64,000 bases of DNA from the NCBI RefSeq assembly GCF_964355755.1, contig NC_092672.1, positions 27,906,437-27,970,436 of the forward strand, in the 5' to 3' direction. The position numbers were made by a program, and so were the translations under genes. This document shows, in pieces, positions 26,801 to 40,500 of the stretch (position 1 is its first letter; every line of letters begins with the position of its first letter). The notes under the pieces are model-generated. The model was not told the origin of the DNA. It worked only from the letters and a program-made list of their open reading frames with translations, and ran no database searches. The DNA is from Antedon mediterranea (lineage: Eukaryota > Animalia > Echinodermata).

Positions 26801-29800
26801 AGATGGACATCCATTAGACAGTGTATACCACGATCGGAAAACACCCCTATTTGGGGCAAATCGTTGAACCTAAATTCGTTTTAATCGTCAATAACTAATT
26901 ATCTAACCTAATTTAATTAGTAAACAGGGTTACATCAGGTGGTTAAAATCAGTACCGAAAGTACGAACCAACTTTATATACCATCGAGTAAAAATTCTAA
27001 AAGTAAGGCGCGATTTACCAAATTTTGCCCTTACGTAAATTTATATATAGATTACCATATACAGTGTAAACAGGAAAATGTTTATGGAAACATTTTAGTA
27101 GGTATGAAAGCCAAAAATATGCTGTACAATATTGGTATGGTAAATTCTGTTCTGTATATCACTTACTGTTTATAGAAGTTCTAATAAACATATTAATGAA
27201 AATAAACTGCAGCTATCTAATGAAATATCCAGTTTTAAACCACAACTCATATTCAGTCAACTGTAAAATTGTAATGAAGTTATGGTACAAATATCAGATA
27301 AAAAAACTGTGTTTTATAATGGATTGGAAAGAGTAGCCTGTAGCCTCCAAAAATAATTTATAATATACAATCTTGAACCATATGTTTATATTTATTTTAA
27401 AATAACTCCAGAAAGAGAAGCAATATGTACATAAATTAAAAATATACAGAGCAAACAATGTTCAAAAACACAATACCAGCAGTATCCATGGAAACATCCC
27501 ATAGTCTGGTTTCATATGTTCCTGTGTGGTACGATGCACGAATGAGAATTGTGTCAAGATCGGCCAACGTCATTATGATGTGTTCTCTGGTTGCTTGTTC
27601 TCCATCTGGACGCACAAATGACGTCTGAAGAAAACAAAGAGAAGGTATTACACCTGAAAATTAAACTACATTTACAGAAATGTAACTCGTACTGCTTGTT
27701 AGTTTCCCCACTTTGGCAGATAACACCTTGTAATTGTATGGAAACACCATCTTTTTTTTCTGTATATTCTTCTTTCTTTCTGTCCCGTTTTTTTAAATTG
27801 CGTTTGCCTAAAACATGTAAACATAACACTGTGTAACTTTGTTAACGTATTGTATTGCCATTTATGTGAAGTTGTGCACCTCCTATTTTTGAAACGTGAC
27901 TTACGAGCGATATTATGAATTTTAAATTACTCATAGATTAAAAACCCAAAGTCATTTTTTATTGACACTTTGTAAGTATAATTCATATCAAATGCCAACT
28001 TTCTGTGTAGTAAAAATGGCGTATTTCACCAAAAGTTACGAGCGCATGCACATTTAAAATTTACAAATGCGCAAAAATTAATTTCTGATTCAACTGTCTT
28101 CAGGTCATAATGGCATAATCTTTTTTGTGGTGTTTGCTGTGCGAAAAACTAAATTCGTCTAGTATTACTTACCTCAACAAGGTCAACTTCAAAGATTCTA
28201 GTCTGGCCTGGTCGAATGACTTGATCAGCACGATGTATCAAAGTAATATCGTTACCCTAAAATAAAACAATAAACTGTTAATTTAATTGTAGAGAGGGTA
28301 GGGAGAGATAGAGAATACACAATACATCCAAATCTGTTTCTCCACAAGATTTGGCGAATCATGGGTAGTGAATAATTGTAATCCTTGAGGGTTTGTGCAT
28401 ATAAAGGACTCCAATAGAAACAATTCTTCTTACAAGAATTAGTTATTGTGATTTGTACAGCTAGTGAAATTCAAATAAAAGACTGTGAAGTAACAGTTCC
28501 GTATGGTGGCCTGTGAATTTGTTTTCGCAGAATGTAGTGTCAAATCTATTTGCAAAAGTCAGTGTCTTTGTAACTTACAGCTAGCTGCAAGACCTCAGGA
28601 TCTTGGCTTTGTATGCCGCCTTGAGAACCAATTCTGTAGTTGATAGTAAACCTCAGTTTTCCACCATATGCAGTCAACTGTAAAATGGTATAACAATATG
28701 ACAGTAAAGGTACAAATAAATCGACAGAAATTGTCTTTTCATGATTAGAGCCCTTATTGAAACAATAATACAAGTATGACGTTTGTTAGCTATGGAGTAC
28801 TTTCCTTTTATGAATATAAAGGGCATATAGCTTCATCAAACGAATCGATTCTAGCAATAATGTCTTTAAATGATTAACAATCAATGAAATAATGCTTGCA
28901 GTCAGATGATAATAGACAAACTATCTTATTTAATTTTATTTTACTATCCACATATATAAAAACACTTACCTGGTTATCAAGAAATCGTGATGAAAGTTTC
29001 CAGTAATAGGTATCAGGTTGTAGATTCTCAAATCCATTGAAATTTATTTCATTTGCTGCTACATTGATAGAAAAAGGCCCGTCATAGCTAGCCGACTGAT
29101 CACTGTTTACAAGACGTGTTCCAGCAGGGTTTACAGAATTCGGGAAGCGGAGGTAATTCTGTAAAACATACATTTTCAGTTATTAATTACTCAAAAGATA
29201 GATGAAGATATACTGTACTAGAAGTCTGTGTAAAGTGTTGTGTTGCGATAACATTTATAAAGTTATTATGTTTTAATGCTCTCTGAGTAAGATGTTGTGT
29301 TTATGATGACATTTATAACATTATGTTTTAATGTGGTCTGTGTTAGATGTTGTGTTGCGATGACATTTATATTATTATGTTGTAATGGGTTTAACAGACA
29401 GATGTTAGTTGTACACTGAGTGTCTTTAAACCAGTTGTATAGGATGAGCTCGCATGTAAATTGAAGCGAATAACCAAATCTAAAATCTCTAGATATTAAA
29501 AAACTGTATTGAAGCGATAAACATGCACAACATACCCTTTGCCTGTAGTATGTGGAACTAGTACAATCAGGTGTGATACCCATACAGAAGCACTTAAGAC
29601 ATCCATCAGGGTTTGAGGATGCCAGGTTGAAATAACTACGGCTGCACTCATCACATTTATCACCCGTAACAAATTGCTGTTTAAAACATCAATTATACAT
29701 CTTTGAAAATCATAAAATCAATGAAATATATTGCAAAACTGTGCATACTCCCAGACTACTATCAACGTTATTGTTATCAAATCACCAAAACAGCTATTCC

Positions 29801-32800
29801 ATACAGCATGTTTACATTATTTGGCAGTTGTTGCATGCAGACAAAACAATCATATTGCTAAATTTGCTAAATGTGCATTGCTAGGCAAGACACTTTACAT
29901 GTCCCTAACCACCCAGGTGTATAAATGTGTACCTAGTAGGGTCAAACTCAGTTGTGTAGATTACTAACTGAATAATTATGGGAGCTATCCATGTGTTTGA
30001 TCCAATAGTATTTACCTTATTCTTATTACAACCTTAAAAATCCAATTTCTCACTAGATCTCTGCCAAAATTCTAGATTAGCTTTAAAACCTCTAATCCAG
30101 CAATCTAGAAACACCCAAATTTAGATCAATTTCAGCATACTTTTTGCTGTCCCAATAACATGGTAATGATAATAATATCCTGGATTTATATAGCGCCTAA
30201 TGTTGTGAAACCTCTAAGCGCTGAACATTATTATCCTTTTTCAAGAGACGCAACTCAAGAACATACACATAACGCTAGCTAGTTGACAAGTAACAATAAT
30301 TTATAACTTGTGATTATTCATATCATTCTAGTGGGAATCAAGCTTTAGGCTGCAGCTAAATGTTTACATGATTCCCAAGTAATATTGTATTTAAATGATC
30401 TGTACAAACCTTGCATGGACAAGATGATGTTGGAATGTCGCCTCGACTATCAATCTGACAATCATTACTGATACTGCCATCAAGATTGCAATCACAAGAA
30501 CCACCTAAAAAACATTATAATTTATAATATAATTCAGTATTCTCATGTAAAATGAGGTGCCATTTGACAGTGTTTTAGTTCCTATCTTCAGTGGCGTATT
30601 GGCTAAACCAAATGGTCATAGAGCTCAAGGGGCCCCAGAGCATCAGCAGCCCAATGCAATTCCACTCAGCATTGGAACGCCCATTAGGAGTGTTAAACAA
30701 GGGGCCGTTGCCCAATGCATTATGCCACTGCCTATCTTAGACTGTGTCTGCACATTAAATGATGAAAAAAAAATCCATAACATATTCAAAAGAAATTCTG
30801 GGAGAACAAGATTATAGACTTTTGACCAGATATAAATTAAATCCAAATTGGTGAAAAAATGAGAATGCTAGGGGTAGCAGGATCCCAATGAATATACTAA
30901 TAAAATATTAGAGCAAAAAGATAAATAAAAATGGTATAATCAGTCAAAAAGAAAAAACATTATTCAGGGCTATGACAGATATAAATTTAAGGTATAATTT
31001 TTAGGTACTTACTTCTGACACATTCACCTCGATTATCTTTAGTAAATCCAGGTGCACAGCTAACAAAAGAAAACAAAACATTCATTCTTTTAAATATAAA
31101 TTACAAAACAAAATGAACACAAAATTGCAGTGCTGACTTTTGTATGTCATTTGAAATCTTAAAAAAGGTACAAGACAATTTTGTGAAGCCAATGTGCAGG
31201 GAGCAGGTTTGAGTTTAAAGGTATTATATGCTATTTGTGACGAAGAGGGATAAGCCGAGAATTGTGAACTGTAATGTCATTTTGTCGTACAAATCCAAAA
31301 CACACTAGCTAGTTTCTTACACAAAACAACTTTACTTATCACAGGCATTTCTAGCCTTTACTGCACAAAGACCAACATTATCTGAACGTGTTATTTCTTA
31401 CAAAACTTAAATTCTCACAGATTTCTCTAGTCTCTCTCCGCACAAATTTTGGAAAAATTACCATAACAGTATAATTTGAAACATAATATCTCTTTACAAA
31501 ACCTGCTTTCCGAGACGTCCTTAGTCTCTCGCATTTATAGCACCATGGTTGGAGGCATAGTTGGAAATACTTTGTTACAAAACACTTACTTTTCACAAAG
31601 GTCTCCTGTGGTTCCTGTTGGGCAATTTGTGCATACAACATCAAACGTGTTGGTATTAACCTCACATGAAGTACCAAACCTTTGAAGGAAAGAAATACAA
31701 TACAGTAAGTAATTTTTGTTTAGTTCAACCATGTGGCCAGAGCATTTGGGCATGTTTTTTTACCAACAATATAGAACCAAACCTTCTCATTTACAAATTT
31801 TGTCATTTTCAAACGCCACTCAGACCGAGGAGTATGTAAAGGAGAAGGTCGAAGTTTGACATAGTACCTTTGTAAAGCATTTTTATAAACTACTTTTTTT
31901 TTAAATTTTCTATTTTTGAACCTAGTAGAATGTTATAAAGTGTATGTTTAGATCCGTGGAGTTGTGATTTTGAATTGCAAGCAAAGTCATATTATAATTA
32001 GCGGCAAAGTGTTCAGACTCGAATTCTTTACAAACTTGTCAAAAATCAGGGGAACATCCAGTATGTGAGAGTAAATTTGATTCTTTCAAAGTCAAAGGCA
32101 TTGATGCACGACTTTCATATTATACATTATATACTTTTTTTGTACATTTAGCTTTCGTAATGAACAGAAGGTCGTGGCTTCCACTAATCTTTGAATGGTT
32201 CAGACCTTTGGAGCATACCATATTATAGCACAACTTAGTAGGTCTGGTCTAGTATGTATCAATGAATAATTAAAAACTTAATAAAAGTCATAGAAAATCG
32301 TGTTTCAGGTCCGTTCTACAGTCATCGTAGAGATAGATTCTGTATCAGTACTTTATACAATAGGTGAGTAGTTGGTCATGCCCAGTACTGTTTTAATCCT
32401 ACGACCACTTGGAAAAACACATCCTGACTGATTTCTAATAATACTTACGGACATGGGCATGGGTTGCAAGTGTCTGATGGTCCAAATCTGTAGAATCCTG
32501 GGGCGCAACGATCACAGTATGCACCAACTGTATTATCTCGGCAATTCTATGTAAATAGAATTAACCCATAATTATTCTATGTTTCAAGACAGGAGTAAAA
32601 GTTACATTACTCGACATTTACCTTAAAAAATGTAATCTAAAATCCTGTTTTCACGTTTCATAAAATGTTGTAAAATATTTGGAAAATTTGACATTAAATT
32701 TTGAATTTTTTCGAGTAGGTTATACCATAGGCATCATACTTAATGCTGTTTTCTATATGCTTGCATTGTAAACGCAACTCAACGCAAATCAAAACACCAA

Positions 32801-35800
32801 GTTTGAATGACCAAACAACCGGCGATGCCCACAGAACACACACATCTGAAATGTGCTTACTGGCGGAAAAGGTATAATCATTTTAGCACACTACATTGGA
32901 GGTCAATTCCGACCTAGAGGTTCTGTTTAATTTATCATGAATTTTATGTGCGAGAGTACCATTTCCAACATTTAACTAAATTCGGGCTTAAATACTCTAA
33001 ATACTCGGTGTGTCATTTTTATGCCCTGGGCCTCCTATTTCACAATCCTGCATCCTCTCCTGCCTTTTTGTCTGTCTGCAACAGGCTGAGATGAATCAGA
33101 ACACAGCCACAATTACCACCATAAAGATGAACTGAGTTCTTTTATTGAAGTTTACAAAGGCAAGATGTGTAAAACTGCCTCTCCAGTTTGAAGTCCTTAT
33201 TCGAGAAGGCTTGTTCTACAACCAGAACTATGGTGGTGAAGATCCTTAAAACTGTGCCGATTTATGATTATAGATTACCGAACCATTTCCTGACCACTTA
33301 CCCTACAGATGCCACTCTCTGGATCACATTCTTCTGAATGTCCACTACAATCACAAAGACCGCAAACACCCAGGTAAAGGCCAGCTCCGGTCCTAGTGTA
33401 TCCAGGTGCGCAACGCTGAAATTAAATTAAAGTATTAGACTACAAGTAAGTCTACATAAAAATTTCTTAATAGTAATATTGTGTGGCTTGTAATGTGTGT
33501 AATGTCTTAGAAATATGTTACAATCATGAGTACTGGATCGAATCTACATTATATATTATACATTATACTTCGTGAGTTTGCGATCATAAATAATGCCCCA
33601 TGCGTAGGCTATGAAGGGTTAAGTGTGGGAACGAAGCAGTAATAATAGCTGTACATCTGTACAAAATACATGGTGGTAGGATGGTGTTTGATGGTGGATA
33701 TATATTTTACCTCCGCCAAGGAGGTATATGTAATCGGTAGCGTGTGTTTGTTTGTTAGCAGGATTACTCAAAAAGTAATTACAAGATCTTTACCAAAATG
33801 AATATACAGATAGATATGTGGTCAAGGACAATTCCATTAAATTTTGAAACCATTTGGGACCATGGCCCCAATTCTGGACCACTTTTTTAGTATACTTTTC
33901 AGACCTGCTAGTGTTAAAAAATAGGACAAATTTTTTCAAAAGCCGGCGAGCAGTCTTAAAGCAAGAAGTAAACTGAAATTGCATTTTCGAGAACTACTTG
34001 TCCAAAAAACTTCATATTTGTACAAGAGGCAAGAGTTATAATTTGTGATTTGTAATTTTGAAACATGATTTAATGTGCACGTTTTTTGATGCGAGTATTT
34101 CAAAAAACCTATTTCTTTTCAAATTCACTCGTTTGATTTTCGTGTTGCTGTTTTATTGTTAATCAACTGAAGCTATAATTGTTAATTGAAAGGCTTGTTA
34201 CATGACCATTACATCAAACTCGCATACAAATGCTTGTAGTGATTTTAGCCTAAATCACAAACAGCATTAAGACACACACAAATATATATATATATTTTTT
34301 TACCAGAGAAATCTTATGTAGGAGAATTTTACAGTAGGCGGAGTATGCACTCTCGGAGTGGCTTTCTAGTTTGATTTTTATTAGTTAGTCAGGACTTGAT
34401 CTAATCGATTTGATTTATGACCCAAGGCACCAAATGCATGAATGTTGATGATAAATCCTCCTTATTTCTCAAAAAGTGCATTGAGTCCAGTAAATATTAA
34501 AAACATTATGACTACATTAACCTTAATAGTATTATTAAATCAGTTGATTGATTAATTCATGTATGTACAAGCGTGAGAATTAAGAATGTACTTACTTCGC
34601 AAGACAGACCCTCATAGGCTGGAGGGCATACACACTGTTCAACCTCATAAGCTAGGTCTCGATTAGTATCATAATTGTAGGCGACATCCAACGAAATATC
34701 ACGAATGCTGTAATAAAATTAAAGGTACAGTGTTGCTTCTTATCTGTAAAACGCGACAAAATGAATATCATACCGATTCTTATGTAGAACTACCCTTACA
34801 CAAATGCCCTTTAATATTATGAATAGTTGCCAAGTTTAAAGAGGTAAATCTAATAACCTACTTAGTGATTAGAATAAAACTTTGTGATAACCTGCATGCT
34901 TAAAAATAATTTTTTCATTGATAATTTACAAAAAAGTACACTTTCTGACCTTGACCTATACATTAGTTAAATCTAATAAATATTATATTAAAAATATGTT
35001 TAATAATATGATACAATACTATATATTATTCCTACCTTCTGATTTAAATGTATGTTTGTATGTATTTTAACCAGGTCAATTGCAGGTTAACCAACTTTAG
35101 CATAATTTATTTAACCAGAGATTTTTCATAATGCAAAGTTAATGCTGTGTGACATGGAAATTATTATGTTTTTAGAGAATGTTAAAATATTATATTAATG
35201 TTATATTTACATGTGAACTAAATATAATAATTAAATCAATCATTGTTTTTTAATATTTAAAATAATACACATGCAAACATAAGAGGACAAGACATGTTAT
35301 GGATTCATGCAGAATAATGTGCCACATTTGTGGCATCATTATTCCCCAATTTTGTGGCAAAATTTGTAGAGATTTGGGGGAGGTAAGCATGCTTGTGCAA
35401 AATACTAAACTACACTTCAAATTCATGATAAACAATGCAAACAAGATGAAAAGTGTATATCTAACTAAGTCCAGTGTAGGTGAAGCAGTCGCAGGAAAAA
35501 GCACACACAAAAACATTGGAAAAACAGATTCAAATAGTCATATACAGAGATACAGAATTACAAATTAAACAAAAAACGTTGTTTCAATATCAAATAACTA
35601 ACTATTATATGGAGTAGCGCAAATAAGACATTGACCTCAAGTAAAACTCTGAATTCTCAAAATAAAAGACAACATAGACAAAGATTATTGCATTGATATT
35701 TAAATTTCTTTCATAGCACATCAGTTGTCGCTATTTGTGTGGTACAGATCCAATACATACATACATACATATTAGTACATTCCACACAACGTCTGCTACA

Positions 35801-37509
35801 TATAAAGATTTTGACAAGCCACTGTTGAAGAGATGGTGGCTCCGAGAATAGGAAAACTACACATTTTCACCAGAATCATCACATGAGTTAAACATAACAT
35901 TTTAAAAATAATGCTCTCATTCCTCAGATTCCACCAGTGCAGGGATTTAATGAATGAACCACCACACCAATTCGAACAACCACACACAAGGACAGAAAAA
36001 ACATTTTTAATAAGACATTTCAACCATTCACCAAGACTACATGGGTTTATTATAAATATACACTGAACCAGTACAGACATTGCTCAACATACTTTCTGAT
36101 ATAACACCTCCCGACACAACATAGCTCTCCACAATAAAGCTTGGTTCCCAATAGGGCATGCAGCAAGAATGTACTTTCACCAATCACACATAATTGATCA
36201 TCCGAAATGTTGTTTGTGATTGATCAAATAATACTAGCATTTTAACATCCTTGAATTTGCCCTATTGTGAACCATGTTCAAAAGACAACATTTAATAGAT
36301 TGTTCCATTGCAGCACATAGATCAGGAAGGCAGGCATTTAAAAAGAGTAACGTAGAACCTACTCAGCATGTATTAAAGTAGTGCCAGCATCATCCTCATC
36401 ATCTACAAATCCGAGACCGGACCCTTCACCACTAGCATCACTGGTAACCAAAGTGAAGAGGGTAAAGTAAAGGGGTTAGGAACCATACAACAATCATTGC
36501 ACTGCAGTTACTTAAAGTATTGTGGGGCATCATCACAAAATGTCAATGTTTTTAAAAATTATCAAACAATTTTGCCAGGTATTTCTTGATTTTTTTAACA
36601 AGGATTACCAATTGTGAATACAATCTTTGTCCTATATAGGATAGGTGGTAATTCCCCTGATACAGGGGCTATTTCGTGAACCCGTCTCAAATGAACTGGG
36701 TTCTTTAAAGTACACGGTAAACGGTTTACACTGGACCTTGTACGGTTTATAGTCCTTATCCGAGAAGACTTATTCCACCACCAGAACTATGAGCGAGTCA
36801 GCCTTAAACCCATGCTGGTATTGCTAACACTTTAGATATGGTAAAAAGCGCCCGGGGATTTGATTCGCTCAATACTATTCTGAACTTTCAATTTATATGA
36901 ACATTTTGAAAGATAAATTTATTTATTCTAAAAAATGAATTTATTTTGAATTAACCTCACATTTACTGCACAAACTGCAGTAACGATGAACTTTAATGAA
37001 AGTAACTGCAATGTAATTATTGTTTGCACTGTTAAGCCAATAATATATACAAATGCATTAAAAATTAATAGTAATATAATAAAATTAAAACAAGGCATTT
37101 GTTCTATATTCTATTTGATAAAATGTCATCTCATAAAACATTCCATTACACATTTATGTACTATTAGTACAATAGCCTATTAAGATCTAAACCTTTGATT
37201 ATGATAATGTTAAGGATATGATGACAAATGAGTTTCATAATAATTTATATAGATCATAAAGATAATGATACCAATAGATGATGATGATGATGATGATAGT
37301 GATAAGATTAAGCTGATGATGATAAAGTTAAGGATAGTGAAAAGATAAAGTTGATGGTAAAGTTGTTGTTGATGATGATGATAGTGAAAAGATAAAGTTG
37401 ATGTTGATGATGATGATGATAGTGAAAAGATAAAGTTGATGATAGTTCAAAGATAAAGTTGATGGTAAAGTAGTTGTTGATGATGATGATGATAGTGAAA
37501 AGATAAAGT

Positions 37510-37543
<34 letters not shown>

Positions 37544-40500
37544 AGTGAAAAGATAAAGTTGATGGTAATGATAAAGTTGATGATAGTGGAAAGATAAAGT
37601 TGATGATAGTGAAAAGATACAGATTTCTTAGATATGATTGAAAATTAACGAGAGGATACAATGCTATGAATGACAATGACGTTGTCTATTTAAAATATTC
37701 ATAAAATAAATACTGTAATGATATTGATGCCATAAAAGATGTCATGCTGGGAATTATTGATGAAATTAGTGGATAAAACTAAATTATTTCAAACCACAAA
37801 AACTGCAAAATAAGATATTCTCTACTTTGTACAAAACCCACCTAGTTTCGGTCATGCTTGTAGCGTAAGATGCACGAATAAGTATCGAGTTGAGATTTGT
37901 TATGGCCATCATGAAATTCTCACGTGGTACCGGGTCGCCATCAGGTCTCTTCCATGCATTCTGTATTAACGAAATTTACATAAATATCTCTTTATTGTCA
38001 ATGCAAAATGAAAAATAATAATTACATTATTCAACTTACGATTTGACAAAAAGACCAAATAAAAAGAAATTGATCCTGGGTTTGGCGATTGAAACTTATT
38101 ATTGTCTAGTATTAAACGGGCAAGGAGAGAGGGAGAAAGTCAATATATGTCCAGCCTACATAAGATATTTACCCAGTGGTGTAAGACAGGAGGCAAAGGC
38201 CCCTGGTTTAGCACTCCTAAGGGCCTTCCAACCGCAGAGATATTATAACATCTTTTGAATATCTCTATGTTCTGACACTGGGTAGTTGCATTGGGGCTCC
38301 TAATGCTTTGGGTTTAGCCAGTCAGCCCTAATTACAGTCACTGTATTTACCTCAAAGAATGGAACTGAAACACTTTGTAGTCTGCCTGGTGTTAGTGAGA
38401 TATTTGAGAAGTGGTAAAGACGATGACCATTACCCTAAAAAAAAATGATGAAAATGTCAAAGTCTTGCTTTTCTTTGTAAATAAAACTACTATTGAAAAA
38501 AATGACACAGGTCAAAATAACTATACATGTTGGGCACGGTGGCCTTTCAAGATTCCAGAAATCAGCGATTCTTTATAATTTGAAAAATAGAATAGCAATG
38601 CTCAAATAGAAAACATTGCCCTCCAGAATCAACCCATCCAAATCTATAAAAATCTATCAAAATTCACCCTTACTGGCCACTTCCTTTAATACAATGTGTG
38701 AATAGACTCATAGCATTCTGTTTTATATCAACTGTTTCAACTAATACTGTATTTGCAACATGCTTTCTGGTATTTATGTAAATACCGAGTCGCAGCCACC
38801 AATACACTTGGTAAGGTTCTAACCTGGCCACGTTTTTACAGAAGCCTTTGACAGGGAATTCTTTTTTTATGACCACCACACCACTTTAATTCTCATGGCT
38901 ATGCCACTCAAATATACAGAGCAAGCCATTTAACCACATAATATCTTAAAGGAAGAGTTACACTTAGGCCTACTATCCACTTCTGCTCTAATTTAATGCT
39001 ATCTTGATCTATCAGTCTACATGGTTTATTGTTAAATCAACTTATCTAATACTTATAGTACTTACAATAAGAATAACATCTGGTTCATTATTTGGTGTGC
39101 TGCTTGGTGCAGAACTAAATGCAACTGAGTATCGGAGGTTTCCACCGTAAGATGACAACTGAAAAAAGAAGCCGGCAATTTAAATAAGAGTGGTATAAAT
39201 GATTAAATATTTAACAAAGTTAAAATCGGTGTAATTTACAGAGATCAAACCTCCCCCTGATTGATGACCTGTGACACTATAAAGACTCCCAAGTAAAGAT
39301 CCTTATTTTGTGGCTTGAACCAGGGAAAGAAATTACTAAAGATAATTTCATTCCTGCTTGAACAGACAACACCATGTGTGCCTTCTTCTTTAAACATTTC
39401 CCTACAATAATAATAATAAACGTTTATCTACACTAATTTTAAAAACTTACTTTGTTCCCCGTAAAATCATCTGGTAAATTCCAGTAATAAGTGTCTCTTG
39501 GCAACGAACCAAACAAACTGAACGATAACTCGCGTGCAGCTGGACGTATGATAAGGTTGGCATTAGTATCAACTGCACTGGGGTCACTGAGTGTCATGTC
39601 ATAGTTTTCACCGACTTGATCAAAGCTTACATACACCTGTGGGAGATATTTGGTTTCTTAAGCTCAGTCTACACTATCAAACTAGTTTAATAAAAGAGTG
39701 TGATGTGCTCAAATGGTAGCGATATGACATCATCATATCTATATATGGGCACCATCACAATTTTTTGTCACATAAAGTTTGATAGTGTAGACAGAGCTTA
39801 AAACTCTTTTAATTTACAGTGAAATACCCAGAAACCCCTTTTTTTATTCCTAGATATCTAGAAATGAGGGGTTTCTGGGTATTTCATTTTGAAAATGAAA
39901 ACATAAACCTTGTTCACACTGGTAGCAAAGGTAACTTTACCAAAGGCCATCGGTAAATTTGACACATAAGGTAATTTCCCTTGATTAGTTTTACCAAATG
40001 TTACCACAAATTATGATTGAAGGAATGGTATGTCTTGGGTAAGGTCATGTACTCATGGAGTTTATCCAAGTTCCCCATTTGAATTGTTATTTAGCCAGTG
40101 TTGGTTTGTTTAGACCACGGTAAGTCATTTCTACAGTTGGTTTAATGTTCATCATTCGTCTACTGTCTCAAAAAACAAAATCTTGCTATTAAGCAAGGAA
40201 AGAAGAAAAGAGTATGACAAAACATTCAAACAGTAACAAGTTCTTACAACATCTCTGCTAAATGTAGAACTGCTACAGTCTCTAGATACACCCATACAGA
40301 AACACGAGATACAGCCTAGAGGGTTTTTAGGAGCCAGGAAGAATGTGTCTGCCTTGCAACTGCTGCATCTGCTACCTTGAACATTTTCCTACAAAAAAAA
40401 ATGTATGAAATTAATATTTTAACACGCATAAGATTATACCTGGCATTTGATTTGTTGATCTTGTATCACATGCTGTGCAATATTTTCTACAATTATGTAC

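Noticed and set aside
35800-35856. 57-nt phase 2-2 candidate exon ([18 protein letters not shown])
   Set aside because: The frame fits, but the acceptor lacks a pyrimidine tract and the donor (gtagca) is weak. Not supportable without reads.
37308-37676. Poly-His ORF of 122 aa
   Set aside because: Product of the (GAT)n compound repeat, with no fitting splice sites or domain.
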